Assembly: GCF_006345805.1 (NCBI RefSeq)
Contig: NW_021833372.1
Coordinates: 1 to 27,448 of the forward strand
Source: Octopus sinensis
Lineage: Eukaryota
Reading direction: 5' to 3'
Length of the DNA stretch: 27,448 nt
Shown: positions 9,201 through 22,009 of the stretch, one piece after another
Numbering within the stretch: position 1 is the first letter of the stretch
Layout of the letters: each line of letters begins with the position of its first letter
The notes under the pieces: model-generated
Seen by the model: the letters and a program-made list of their open reading frames with translations, nothing else
What the model was told of the DNA's origin: nothing
Database searches by the model: none
Program-made: the position numbers and the translations under genes

Positions 9201-12200
9201 GATAGAATAAGTGCTAGGCTTACAAAATACGACGTCCTGGGGTCGATTTGTTCGACTAAAAACCCTTCAAAGCAAAAGATCCCGATAGAATAAGTGCTAG
9301 GCTTACAAAGAATACGTCCTGGGGTCGATTTGTTCGACTAAAACCCTTCAAAGCAAGCAAAGATCCCGATAGAATAAGTGCTAGGCCTTACAAAGAATAC
9401 GTCCTGGGGTCGATTTGTTCGACTAAAAACCCTTCAAAGCAAAAGATCCCGATAGAATAGTGCTAGGCTTACAAAGAATACGTCCTGGGTCGATTTGTTC
9501 GACTAAAAACCCTTCAAAGCAAAGATCCCGATAGAATAAGTGCTAGGCTTACAAAGAATACGTCCTGGGGTCGATTTGTTCGACTAAAAAACCCTTCAAC
9601 AAAAGATCCCGATAGAATAAGTGCTAGGCTTACAAAGAATACGTCCTGGGTCGATTTGTTCGACTAAAAACCCTTCAAAGCAAAAGATCCCGATAGAATA
9701 AGTGCTAGGCTTACAAAGAATACGTCCTGGGGTCGATTTGTTCGACTAAAACCCTTCAAAGCAAAGATCCCGATAGAATAAGTGCTAGGCTTACAAAGAA
9801 TACGTCCTGGGGTCGATTTGTTCGACTAAAAACCCTTCAAAGCAAAAGATCCCGATAGAATAAGTGCTAGGCTTACAAAGAATACTCCTGGGTCGATTTG
9901 TTCGACTAAAACCCTTCAAAGCATAAAATTCCCGATAGAATAAGTGCTAGGCTTACACAAGAATACGTCCTGGGGTCGATTTGTTCGACTAAAAACCCTT
10001 CAAAGCAAAGATCCCGATAGAATAAGTGCTAGGCTTACAAAGAATACGTCCTGGGGTCGATTTGTTCGACTAAAAACCCTTCAAAGCAAAAGATCCCGAT
10101 AGAATAAGTGCTAGGCTTACAAAGAATACGTCCTGGGGTCGATTTGTTCGACTAAAAACCCTTCAAGCAAAAGATCCCGATAGAATAAGTGCTAGGCTTA
10201 CAAAGAATACGTCCTGGGGTCGATTTGTTCGACTAAAAACCCTTCAAAGCAAAAGATCCCGATAGAATAAGTGCTAGGCTTACAAAGAATACGTCCTGGG
10301 GTCGATTTGTTCGACTAAAAACCCTTCAAAGCAAAAGATCCCGATAGAATAAGTGCTAGGCTTACAAAGAATACGTCCTGGGGTCGATTTGTTCGACTAA
10401 AAAACCCTTCAAAGCAAAAGATCCCGATAGAATAAGTGCTAGGCTTACAAAGAATACGTCCTGGGGTCGATTTGTTCGACTAAAACCCTTCAAAGCAAAA
10501 GATCCCGATAGAATAAGTGCTAGGCTTACAAAGAATACGTCCTGGGGTGTCGATTTGTTCGACTAAAAACCCTTCAAAGCAAAAGATCCCGATAGAATAA
10601 GTGCTAGGCTTACAAAGAATACGTCCTGGGGTCGATTTGTTCGACTAAAAACCCTTCAAAGCAAAAGATCAAAGATCCCGATAGAATAAGTGCTAGGCTT
10701 ACAAAGAATACGTCCTGGGGTCGATTTGTTCGACTAAAACCCTTCAAAGCAAAAGATCCCGATAGAATAAGTGCTAGGCTTACAAGAATACGTCCTGGGG
10801 TCGATTTGTTTCGACTAAAAACCCTTCAAAGCAAAAGATCCCGATAGAATAAGTGCTAGGCTTACAAAGAATACGTCCTGGGGTCGATTTGTCGACTAAA
10901 AACCCTTCAAGCAAAAGATCCCGATAGAATAAGTGCTAGGCTTACAAAGAATACGTCCTGGGGTCGATTTGTTCGACTAAAAACCCTTCAAAGCAAAAAT
11001 CCCGATAGAATAAGTGCTAGGCTTACAAAGAATACGTCCTGGGGTCGATTTGTTCGACTAAAAACCCTTCAAAGCAAAAGATCCCGATAGAATAAGTGCT
11101 AGGCTTACAAAGAATACGTCCTGGGGTCGATTTGTTCGACTAAAAACCCTTCAAAGCAAAAGATCCCTATAGAATAAGTGCTAGGCTTACAAAGAATACG
11201 TCCTGGGGTATATTTTTTCGACTAAAAACCCTTCAAAGCAAAAGATCCCGATAGAATAAGTGCTAGGCTTACAAAGAATACGTCCTGGGGTCGATTTGTT
11301 CGACTAAAAACCCTTCAAAGCAAAAGATCCCGATAGAATAAGTGCTAGGCTTACAAAGAATACGTCCTGGGGTCGATTTGTTCGACTAAAAACCCTTCAA
11401 AGCAAAAGATCCCGATAGAATAAGTGCTAGGCTTACAAAGAATACGTCCTGGGGTCGATTTGTTCGACTAAAAACCCTTCAAAGCAAAAGATCCCGATAG
11501 AATAAGTGCTAGGCTTACAAAGAATACGTCCTGGGGTCGATTTGTTCGACTAAAACCCTTCAAAGCAAAAGATCCCGATAGAATAAGTGCTAGGCTTACA
11601 AAGAATACGTCCTGGGGTCGATTTGTTCGACTAAAAACCCTTCAAAGCAAAAGATCCCGATAGAATAAGTGCTAGGCTTACAAAGAATACGTCCTGGGGT
11701 CGATTTGTTCGACTAAAAACCCTTCAAAGCAAAAGATCCCGATAGAATAAGTGCTAGGCTTACAAAGAATACGTCCTGGGGTCGATTTGTTCGACTAAAA
11801 CCCTTCAAAGCAAAAGATCCCGATAGAATAAGTGCTAGGCTTACAAAGAATACGTCCTGGGGTCGATTTGTTCGACTAAAACCCTTCAAAGCAAAGATCC
11901 CGATAGAATAAGTGCTAGGCTTACAAAGAATACGTCCTGGGGTCGATTTGTTCGACTAAAAACCCTCAAAGCAAAGATCCCGATAGAATAAGTGCTAGGC
12001 TTACAAAGAATACGTCCTGGGGTCGATTTGTTCGACTAAACCCTTCAAAGCAAAAGATCCCGATAGAATAAGTGCTAGGCTTACAAAGAATACGTCCTGG
12101 GGTCGATTTGTTCGACTAAAAACCCTTCAAAGCAAAGATCCCGATAGATAAGTGCTAGGCTTACAAAGAATACGTCCTGGGGTCGATTTGTTCGACTAAA

Positions 12201-15200
12201 AACCCTTCAAAGCAAAAATCCCGATAGAATAAGTGCTAGGCTTACAAAGAATACGTCCTGGGGTCGATTTGTTCGACTAAAACCCTTCAAAGCAAAAGAT
12301 CCCGATAGAATAAGTGCTAGGCTTACAAAGAATACGTCCTGGGGTCGATTTGTTCGACTAAAACCCTTCAAAGCAAAAGATCCCGATAGAATAAGTGCTA
12401 GGCTTACAAAGAATACGTCCTGGGGTCGATTTGTTCGACTAAAAACCCTTCAAAGCAAAAGATCCCGATAGAATAAGTGCTAGGCTTACAAAAATACGTC
12501 CTGGGGTCGATTTGTTCGACTAAAAACCCTTCAAAGCAAAGATCCCGATAGAATAAGTGCTAGGCTTACAAAGAATACGTCCTGGGGTCGATTTGTTCGA
12601 CTAAAAACCCTTCAAAGCAAAAGATCCCGATAGAATAAGTGCTAGGCTTACAAAGAATACGTCCTGGGGTCGATTTGTTCGACTAAAAACCCTTCAAAGC
12701 AAAAGATCCCGATAGATAAGTGCTAGGCTTACAAAGAATACGTCCTGGGGTCGATTTGTTCGACTAAAAACCCTTCAAAGCAAAAGATCCCGATAGAATA
12801 AGTGCTAGGCTTACAAAGAATACGTCCTGGGGTCGATTTGTTCGACTAAAACCCTTCAAAGCAAAAGATCCCGATAGAATAAGTGCTAGGCTTACAAAGA
12901 ATACGTCCTGGGGTCGATTTGTTCGACTAAAAACCCTTCAAAGCAAAAGATCCCGATAGAATAAGTGCTAGGCTTACAAAGAATACGTCCTGGGGTCGAT
13001 TTGTTCGACTAAAACCCTTCAAAGCAAAAGATCCCGATAGAATAAGTGCTAGGCTTACAAAGAATACGTCCTGGGGTCGATTTGTTCGACTAAAAACCCT
13101 TCAAAGCAAAAGATCCCGATAGAATAAGTGCTAGGCTTACAAAGAATACGTCCTGGGGTCGATTTGTTCGACTAAAAACCCTTCAAAGCAAAAGATCCCG
13201 ATAGAATAAGTGCTAGGCTTACAAAGAATACGTCCTGGGGTCGATTTGTTCGACTAAAAACCCTTCAAAGCAAAAGATCCCGATAGAATAAGTGCTAGGC
13301 TTACAAAATACGTCCTGGGGTCGATTTGTTCGACTAAAAACCCTTCAAAGCAAAAGATCCCGATAGAATAAGTGCTAGGCTTACAAAGAATACGTCCTGG
13401 GGTCGATTTGTTCTTCGACTAAAAACCCTTCAAAGCAAAGATCCCGATAGAATAAGTGCTAGGCTTACAAAGAATACGTCCTGGGGTCGATTTGTTCGAC
13501 TAAAAACCCTTCAAAGCAAAAGATCCCGATAGAAAAGTGCTAGGCTTACAAAGAATACGTCCTGGGGTCGATTTGTTCGACTAAAAACCCTTCAAAGCAA
13601 AAGATCCCGATAGAATAAGTGCTAGGCTTACAAAGAATACGTCCTGGGGTCGATTTGTTCGACTAAAAACCCCTTCAAAGCAAAAGATCCCGATAGAATA
13701 AGTGCTAGGCTTACAAAGAATACGTCCTGGGTCGATTGTTCGACTAAAAACCCTTCAAAGCAAAAGATCCCGATAGAATAAGTGCTAGGCTTACAAAGAA
13801 TACGTCCTGGGGTCGATTTGTTCGACTAAAAACCCTTCAAAGCAAAAGATCCCGATAGAATAAGTGCTAGGCTTACAAAGAATACGTCCTGGGGTCGATT
13901 TGTTCGACTAAAACCCTTCAAAGCAAAAGATCCCGATAGAATAAGTGCTAGGCTTACAAAGAATACGTCCTGGGGTCGATTTGTTCGACTAAAAACCCTT
14001 CAAAGCAAAAGATCCCGATAGAATAAGTGCTAGGCTTACAAAGAATACGTCCTGGGGTCGATTTGTTCGACTAAAAACCCTTCAAAGCAAAAGATCCCTA
14101 TAGAATAAGTGCTAGGCTTACAAAGAATACGTCCTGGGGTATATTTTTTCGACTGAAAACCCTTCAAAGCAAAAGATCCCTATAATAAGTGCTAGGCTTA
14201 CAAAGAATACGTCCTGGGTCGATTTGTTCGACTAAAAACCCTTCAAAGCAAAAGATCCCGATAGAATAAGTGCTAGGCTTACAAAGAATACGTCCTGGGG
14301 TCGATTTGTTCGACTAAAAACCCTTCAAAGCAAAAGATCCCGATAGAATAAGTGCTAGGCTTACAAAGAATACGTCCTGGGGTCGATTTGTTCGACTAAA
14401 AACCCTTCAAAGCAAAAGATCCCGATAGAATAAGTGCTAGGCTTACAAAGAATACGTCCTGGGTCGATTTGTTCGACTAAAAACCCTTCAAAGCAAAAGA
14501 TCCCGATAGAATAAGTGCTAGGCTTACAAAGAATACGTCCTGGGGTCGATTTGTTCGACTAAAAACCCTTCAAAGCAAAAGATCCCGATAGAATAAGTGC
14601 TAGGCTTACAAAGAATACGTCCTGGGGTCGATTTGTTCGACTAAAACCCTTCAAAGCAAAAGATCCCGATAGAATAAGTGCTAGGCTTACAAAGAATACG
14701 TCCTGGGGTCGATTTGTTCGACTAAAAACCCTTCAAAGCAAAGATCCCGATAGAATAAGTGCTAGGCTTACAAAGAATACGTCCTGGGGTCGATTTGTTC
14801 GACTAAAAACCCTTCAAAGCAAAAGATCCCGATAGAATAAGTGCTAGGCTTACAAAGAATACGTCCTGGGGTCGATTTGTTCGACTAAAAACCCTTCAAA
14901 GCAAAAGATCCCGATAGAATAAGTGCTAGGCTTACAAAGAATACGTCCTGGGGTCGATTTGTTCGACTAAAACCCTTCAAAGCAAAAGATCCCGATAGAA
15001 TAAGTGCTAGGCTTACAAAGAATACGTCCTGGGGTCGATTTGTTCGACTAAAAACCCTTCAAAGCAAAAGATCCCGATAGAATAAGTGCTAGGCTTACAA
15101 AGAATACGTCCTGGGGTCGATTTGTTCGACTAAAAACCCTTCAAAGCAAAAGATCCCGATAGAATAAGTGCTAGGCTTACAAAGAATACGTCCTGGGGTC

Positions 15201-17334
15201 GATTTGTTCGACTAAAAACCCTTCAAAGCAAAAGATCCCGATAGAATAAGTGCTAGGCTTACAAAAATACGTCCTGGGGTCGATTTGTTCGACTAAAAAC
15301 CCTTCAAAGCAAAAGATCCCGATAGAATAAGTGCTAGGCTTACAAAGAATACGTCCTGGGGTCGATTTGTTCGACTAAAAACCCTTCAAAGCAAAAGATC
15401 CCGATAGAATAAGTGCTAGGCTTACAAAGAATACGTCCTGGGTCGATTTGTTCGACTAAAACCCTTCAAAGCAAAAGATCCCGATAGAATAAGTGCTAGG
15501 CTTACAAAGAATACGTCCTGGGGTCGATTTGTTCGACTAAAAACCCTTCAAAGCAAAAGATCCCGATAGAATAAGTGCTAGGCTTACAAAGAATACGTCC
15601 TGGGGTCGATTTGTTCGACTAAAACCCTTCAAAGCAAAAGATCCCGATAGATAAGTGCTAGGCTTACAAAGAATACGTCCTGGGGTCGATTTGTTCGACT
15701 AAAAACCCTTCAAAGCAAAAGATCCCGATAGATAAGTGCTAGGCTTAAAAGAATACGTCCTGGGGTCGATTTGTTCGACTAAAACCCTTCAAAGCAAAAG
15801 ATCCCGATAGAATAAGTGCTAGGCTTACAAAGAATACGTCCTGGGGTCGATTTGTTCGACTAAAAACCCTTCAAAGCAAAAGATCCCGATAGAATAAGTG
15901 CTAGGCTTACAAGAATACGTCCTGGGGTCGATTTGTTCGACTAAAAACCCTTCAAAGCAAAGATCCCGATAGAATAAGTGCTAGGCTTACAAAGAATACG
16001 TCCTGGGGTCGATTTGTTCGACTAAAAACCCTTCAAAGCAAAAGATCCCGATAGAATAAGTGCTAGGCTTACAAAGAATACGTCCTGGGGTCGATTTGTT
16101 CGACTAAAAACCCTTCAAAGCAAAAGATCCCGATAGAATAAGTGCTAGGCTTACAAAGAATACGTCCTGGGGTCGATTTGTTCGACTAAAACCCTTCAAA
16201 GCAAAAGATCCCGATAGAATAAGTGCTAGGCTTACAAAGAATACGTCCTGGGTCGATTTGTTCGACTAAAAACCCTTCAAAGCAAAAGATCCCGATAGAA
16301 TAAGTGCTAGGCTTACAAAGAATACGTCCTGGGGTCGATTTGTTCGACTAAAAACCCTTCAAAGCAAAAGATCCCGATAGAATAAGTGCTAGGCTTACAA
16401 AGAATACGTCCTGGGGTCGATTTGTTCAACTAAAACCCTTCAAAGCAAAAGATCCCGATAGAATAAGTGCTAGGCTTACAAAGAATACGTCCTGGGTCGA
16501 TTTGTTCGACTAAAAACCCTTCAAAGCAAAAGATCCCGATAGAATAAGTGCTAGGCTTACAAAGAATACGTCCTGGGGTCGATTTGTTCGACTAAAAACC
16601 CTTCAAAGCAAAAGATCCCGATAGAATAAGTGCTAGGCTTACAAAGATACGTCCTGGGGTCGATTTGTTCGACTAAAAACCCTTCAAAGCAAAAGATCCC
16701 GATAGAATAAGTGCTAGGCTTACAAAGAATACGTCCTGGGGTCGATTTGTTCGACTAAAAACCCTTCAAAGCATAAGATCCCGATAGAATAAGTGCTAGG
16801 CTTACAAAGAATACGTCCTGGGGTCGATTTGTTCGACTAAAAACCCTTCAAAGCATAAGATCCCGATAGAATAAGTGCTAGGCTTACAAAGAATACGTCC
16901 TGGGGTCGATTTGTTCGACTAAAAACCCTTCAAAGCAAAAGATCCCGATAGAATAAGTGCTAGGCTTACAAAGAATACGTCCTGGGGTCGATTTGTTCGA
17001 CTAAAAACCCTTCAAAGCATAAGATCCCGATAGAATAAGTGCTAGGCTTACAAAGAATACGTCCTGGGGTCGATTTGTTCGACTAAAAACCCTTAAAAGC
17101 AAAAGATCCTGATAGAATAAGTGCTAGGCTTACAAAGAATAAGTCCTGGGGTCCATTTGTTCGACTAAAAACCCTTAAAAGCAAAAGATCCTGATAGAAT
17201 AAGTGCTAGGCTTACAAAGAATAAGTCCTGGGGTCGATTTGTTCGACTAAAAACCCTTAAAAGCAAAAGATCCTGATATTAATAAGTGCTAGGCTTACAA
17301 AGAATAAGTCCTGGGGTCGAGTTCTTCGATTAAA
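6234..17334 (+). repeat. 82-bp SINE-derived tandem satellite, ~11.1 kb, roughly 135 units (length/82, not counted)
   Basis: Consensus gatcccgatagaataagtgctaggcttacaaagaatacgtcctggggtcgatttgttcgactaaaaacccttcaaagcaaaa; period checked at 11221 to 11303 = 82. Units are near-identical with no variable spacers, so this is not a CRISPR array. Confidence 0.98.
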
Positions 17335-17393
17335 GCATTTTAGTGTGGTGCACCAGCATGGCCGCAGTGAAATGACTGAAGCAAGTAAAAGAA
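17335..17393 (+). mobile_element. 3' tail of the SINE hosting the satellite
   Basis: gtggtgcaccagcatggccgcagtgaaatgactgaagcaagtaaaaga matches the tail of the copy ending at 24697. Confidence 0.9.
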
Positions 17394-17404
17394 TATACAT
17401 ATAA

Positions 17405-17554
17405 GGCGCAGGAGTGGCTGTGTAACAAGAAGCTCGCTTCCCAACCACTTGGTTCCAGGTTCAGTCCCACTTATTGGCACCTTGGGCAAGTGTCTTCTAC
17501 TATTGCCTCGGGCCGACCAAAGCTTTGTATACGTAAACTGAAAGAAACCCGTCG

Positions 17555-17556
<2 letters not shown>
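17405..17556 (+). mobile_element. SINE family B 5' half (tRNA head plus CORE-like segment)
   Basis: ggcgcaggagtggctgtg...ggttccaggttcagtccc...accttgggcaagtgtcttctac; matches ~24211-24375. Confidence 0.88.
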
Positions 17557-17585
<29 letters not shown>

Positions 17586-17595
17586 TTATAGAAGG

Positions 17596-17646
17596 AGCTT
17601 CTACAGGACTAGAACTGTTTCATTCAAAGGAAATCATCAGGAAGCT
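17596..17646 (-). ncRNA. Type I hammerhead ribozyme motif (H3a), mirror of 21046-21096
   Basis: Exact reverse complement of the motif at 21046-21096. Confidence 0.75.
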
Positions 17647-17882
17647 AGTAGACAAGAGTTGTTTTGGCATTTATACATTTAGGCAGGTTTAAATGGGTGG
17701 TGGTGGGGGACTTTTTTGGGGGTAGGCATGGCGCAAAACTGTCATTATTAGGGGAGTGGTCAAAGGAATCGGTGGTAAAGTAGATAAAAGAATAAATAAA
17801 AGAATTAAAAAATAAAAAAATAAAAAAATAGAAATAGAAAAAAGTTTTAGGTAAGTGGGGAGACTCTCACTTGTACATCTAC

Positions 17883-17914
<32 letters not shown>

Positions 17915-18571
17915 CCGCATATTCACACATATCTATACATATACACACATACACACATATACATACATATATATATACATACGTACACATACATATACAT
18001 ATATATATACATATATATACATATATATACACATACCCATGTACGTACACACAGATACACACATACATACATATACATACATATATGTATACCCACTCGC
18101 ACGTATATATAACAAATGCATATACATGCACACACATACACACACACATTTTATTCTCTTATTTTAATTTTATTAACTACTTTTGTTTATATCTTTATTT
18201 TTATCTTTATCTTGACCGGTCAGCCTGTCTCAAGGGATATCTAAAGATTCCGTTTATCTATCTACTTACTGATACGAACGCAAGCACTCACTCGCCCACA
18301 CACTCACACGTATAACACGCGCACGAGTTATATTCATACACGCCTACATCTACATACATTCACGTATATTCACATACACGCATACACATACATCCTAAAC
18401 ACCCACAGAAGACTAGTCCATACATATACACTAATTAATATATATACTCATATACATATACACATACATACACATACATATACATACACATATACATATA
18501 TATATATATATATATATTCATATACATATACATACACATATACATTCATACATATATACACACATACACAC

Positions 18572-18602
<31 letters not shown>

Positions 18603-18843
18603 AATAACGGGAAGCTTTATGAAAATGTATATACATATACACACATATACATACATGCGTACACATACACACACACACACACACACGCGCGCGCATCTAT
18701 ATATACACATAAGTACATACATGCATAAATGTATATATATGTCTATACGTATGCATAAACATCCACACACACACGCGCCTCCTTATGTTCATAGAAACAT
18801 ACATGCATACAGGCATATACATATATACATACATGCATACTCA

Positions 18844-18896
<53 letters not shown>

Positions 18897-19036
18897 TATA
18901 TACGTGCAGTTACCCATTTTACAAACGGATACCTACATATAAACATACCCATATATACCTATTTACACATATGTATATATACATACATACATACACACAT
19001 AACTCTACATACCTACATATACATAAACACACAAGC

Positions 19037-19085
<49 letters not shown>

Positions 19086-19156
19086 TATACACATACATAT
19101 ATATACATATATACACATCCATATACACATACACTCATACACATATACACACACAT

Positions 19157-19187
<31 letters not shown>

Positions 19188-19248
19188 CATTTACACACAC
19201 ATTTTTACACATATATGTGTACACACATACACATACACACACATACAC

Positions 19249-19295
<47 letters not shown>

Positions 19296-19804
19296 TACAT
19301 ATATATACATACATATGTGCATATATACACATACACATATATACATATACACTAACTGAGTGTATGTATATGTGTATGTGTATATATGCACATATGTATG
19401 TATATATATGTATATATGTATATATATATATGTATATATATGTGTATGTGTGTGTATGTGTATGTGTGTACACATATATGTGTAAAAATGTGTGTGTAAA
19501 TGTATATATATATATACGTGTGTGTGTGTGTATGTGTGTGTATATGTATATGTGTCTTTGTATATATGGATGTGTATATATGTATATATATATGTATGTG
19601 TATATATATATGTATATTATATTATATATATATATATATATATATGTACGCTTGTGTGTTTATGTATATGTAGGTATGTAGAGTTATGTGTGTATGTATG
19701 TATGTATATATACATATGTGTAAATAGGTATATATGGGTATGTTTATATGTAGGTATCCGTTTGTAAAATGGGTAACTGCACGTATATATATTTATTATT
19801 ATTA

Positions 19805-19842
<38 letters not shown>

Positions 19843-20077
19843 TGAGTATGCATGTATGTATATATGTATATGCCTGTATGCATGTATGTTTTTATGAACA
19901 TAAGGATGCGCGTGTGTGTGTGGATGTGTATGCATACGTATAGACATATGTATACATTTATGCATGTATGTACTTATGTGTATATATAGATGCGCGCGTG
20001 TGTGTGTGTATGTGTACGCATGTATGTATGTATATGTATGTATATGTATATACATTTTCATAAAGCTTCAGGTTATT

Positions 20078-20111
<34 letters not shown>

Positions 20112-20177
20112 TGTGTGTGTATGTGTGTATGTGTATATATGTATGAATGTATATGTGTATGTATATGTATATGAATA

Positions 20178-20216
<39 letters not shown>

Positions 20217-21045
20217 ATGCATATGTATGTATGTGTATGTATGTGTATATGTATATGAGTATATATATTAATTAGTGTATATGTATGGACTAGTCTTCTG
20301 TGGGTGTGTTTAGGTATGTATGTGTATGCGTGTATGTGAATATACGTGAATGTATGTAGATGTAGGCGTGTATGAATATAACTCGTGCGCGTGTTAGTAC
20401 GTGTGAGTGTGTGGGCGTGAGTGAGTGCTTGCGTTCGTATCAGTAAGTAGATAGATAAACGGAATCTTTAGATATCCCTTGAGACAGGCTGACCGGTCAA
20501 GATAAAGATAAAAATAAAGATATAAACAAAAGTAGTTAATAAAATTAAAATAAGAGAATAAAAATGTGTGTGTATGTGTGTGCATGTATATGCATTTGTA
20601 TATATATGTGCGAGTGGGTATACATATATGTATGTATATGTATGTATGTGTGTATCTGTGTGTACGTACATGGGTATGTGTATATATATGTATATATATG
20701 TATATATATATGTTTATGTATGTGTACGTATGTATATATATATGTATGTATATGTGGGTATGTGTGTATATGTATAGATATGTGTGAATATGCGGGTGTG
20801 TATATGTGTATATATATATATATATGTAGATGTACAAGTGAGAGTCTCCCCACTTACCTAAAACTTTTTTCTATTTATATTTTTTTATTCTTTTATTTAT
20901 TCTTTTATCTACTTGACCACCGATTCCTTTGACCACTCCCCTAATAATGACAGTTTTGCGCCATGCCTACCCCCAAAAAAGTCCCCCACCACCACCCATT
21001 TAAACCTGCCTAAATGTATAAATGCCAAAACAACTCTTGTCTACT

Positions 21046-21096
21046 AGCTTCCTGATGATTTCCTTTGAATGAAACAGTTCTAGTCCTGTAGAAGCT
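21046..21096 (+). ncRNA. Type I hammerhead ribozyme motif (H3b)
   Basis: Stem I AGCTTC (21046-21051)/GAAGCT (21091-21096); CTGATGA (21052-21058); stem II T-TTC-cttt-GAA-T with a U.U closing position; GAAA (21071-21074); stem III ACAG/CTGT with 8-nt loop; triplet GUA (21088-21090). Confidence 0.75.
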
Positions 21097-21188
21097 CCTT
21101 CTATAAAATAAATTAATTTACTCAGCTATGTATTGAGTACCTTATTTACTGTGGTTAACCCCGACTCAACCCGGGACCTACATATATA

Positions 21189-21457
<269 letters not shown>

Positions 21458-21656
21458 TTGAGTAGTTGAATGAATTATCTTATTAAGGATAATTCGAAAG
21501 ATAACCGATACCTGGGTAGCAAATTCACATCTGAAAGAACACGGTTGAAGTTACGTCCCTAGGGCATAGACTACGTGTCTTCGTGCGGAAATTTGTATGT
21601 TTATTTTAAAATTATAAGTATATGAAAGAATTGAGTTGAACGACTAGTTAACAAAT

Positions 21657-21755
21657 TTCCTTTATTCTCGACATATGTTTCGAAGGCTGCATATTCCTAA
21701 TTCCGAAGGAATAAGGAGTACATTATGCAGATTTCTCATCAGGAAAATCAAGGAA
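21657..21755 (-). ncRNA. Type I hammerhead ribozyme (H4a)
   Basis: Mirror of 21796-21894; its single difference (GAGAAT for GAAAAT) converts an A-U pair into G.U in stem I. Predicted cut after 21670 on the minus strand. Confidence 0.85.
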
Positions 21756-21795
21756 CTTATGTCGACATCAAAATGCATTTTGATGTCGACATAAG

Positions 21796-21894
21796 TTCCT
21801 TGATTTTCCTGATGAGAAATCTGCATAATGTACTCCTTATTCCTTCGGAATTAGGAATATGCAGCCTTCGAAACATATGTCGAAAATAAAGGAA
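21796..21894 (+). ncRNA. Type I hammerhead ribozyme (H4b), canonical core
   Basis: Stem I TTCCTT-g-ATTTTC/GAAAAT-a-AAGGAA; CTGATGA (21809-21815); branched-length stem II GAA/TTC, CTGCATA/TATGCAG, TCCT/AGGA, ATTCC/GGAAT; GAAA (21870-21873); palindromic stem III ACATATGT; GUC triplet, predicted cut after C21881. Confidence 0.88.
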
Positions 21895-21934
21895 ATTTGT
21901 AAACTAGTCGTTCAACTCCATTCTTTCATATACT

Positions 21935-21997
<63 letters not shown>

Positions 21998-22009
21998 ATG
22001 TATGTATTT

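Larger units (their letters stand above)
17581..21111. repeat. Giant palindrome: arms 17581-19353 and 19359-21111, 5-nt spacer AACTG
   Basis: Every unique island is mirrored (e.g. 17581-17880 vs ~20830-21111; ~18150-18300 vs ~20400-20565; AAT tract ~18843-18892 vs ATT tract ~19792-19842). Symmetry stops abruptly at 17581/21111. Confidence 0.95.
21613..21938. repeat. 326-bp spacer-less palindrome centred on ATG/CAT (21775/21776)
   Basis: 163-bp arms, 3 mismatches (21632/21919, 21650/21901, 21667/21884). Confidence 0.97.

Noticed and set aside
6234-17334. CRISPR array
   Set aside because: Units are contiguous and near-identical with no unique spacers; the context is eukaryotic and the unit derives from a SINE.
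17581-21111. Pure assembly fold-back artefact
   Set aside because: Symmetry ends at defined points with different flanks and the arms differ by substitutions; unlikely, but not excluded without reads.
21525-21600. ctgaaaga...acacg/cgtgt...gaaa as an HHR
   Set aside because: Core spacing is wrong and stems I and III cannot be built.
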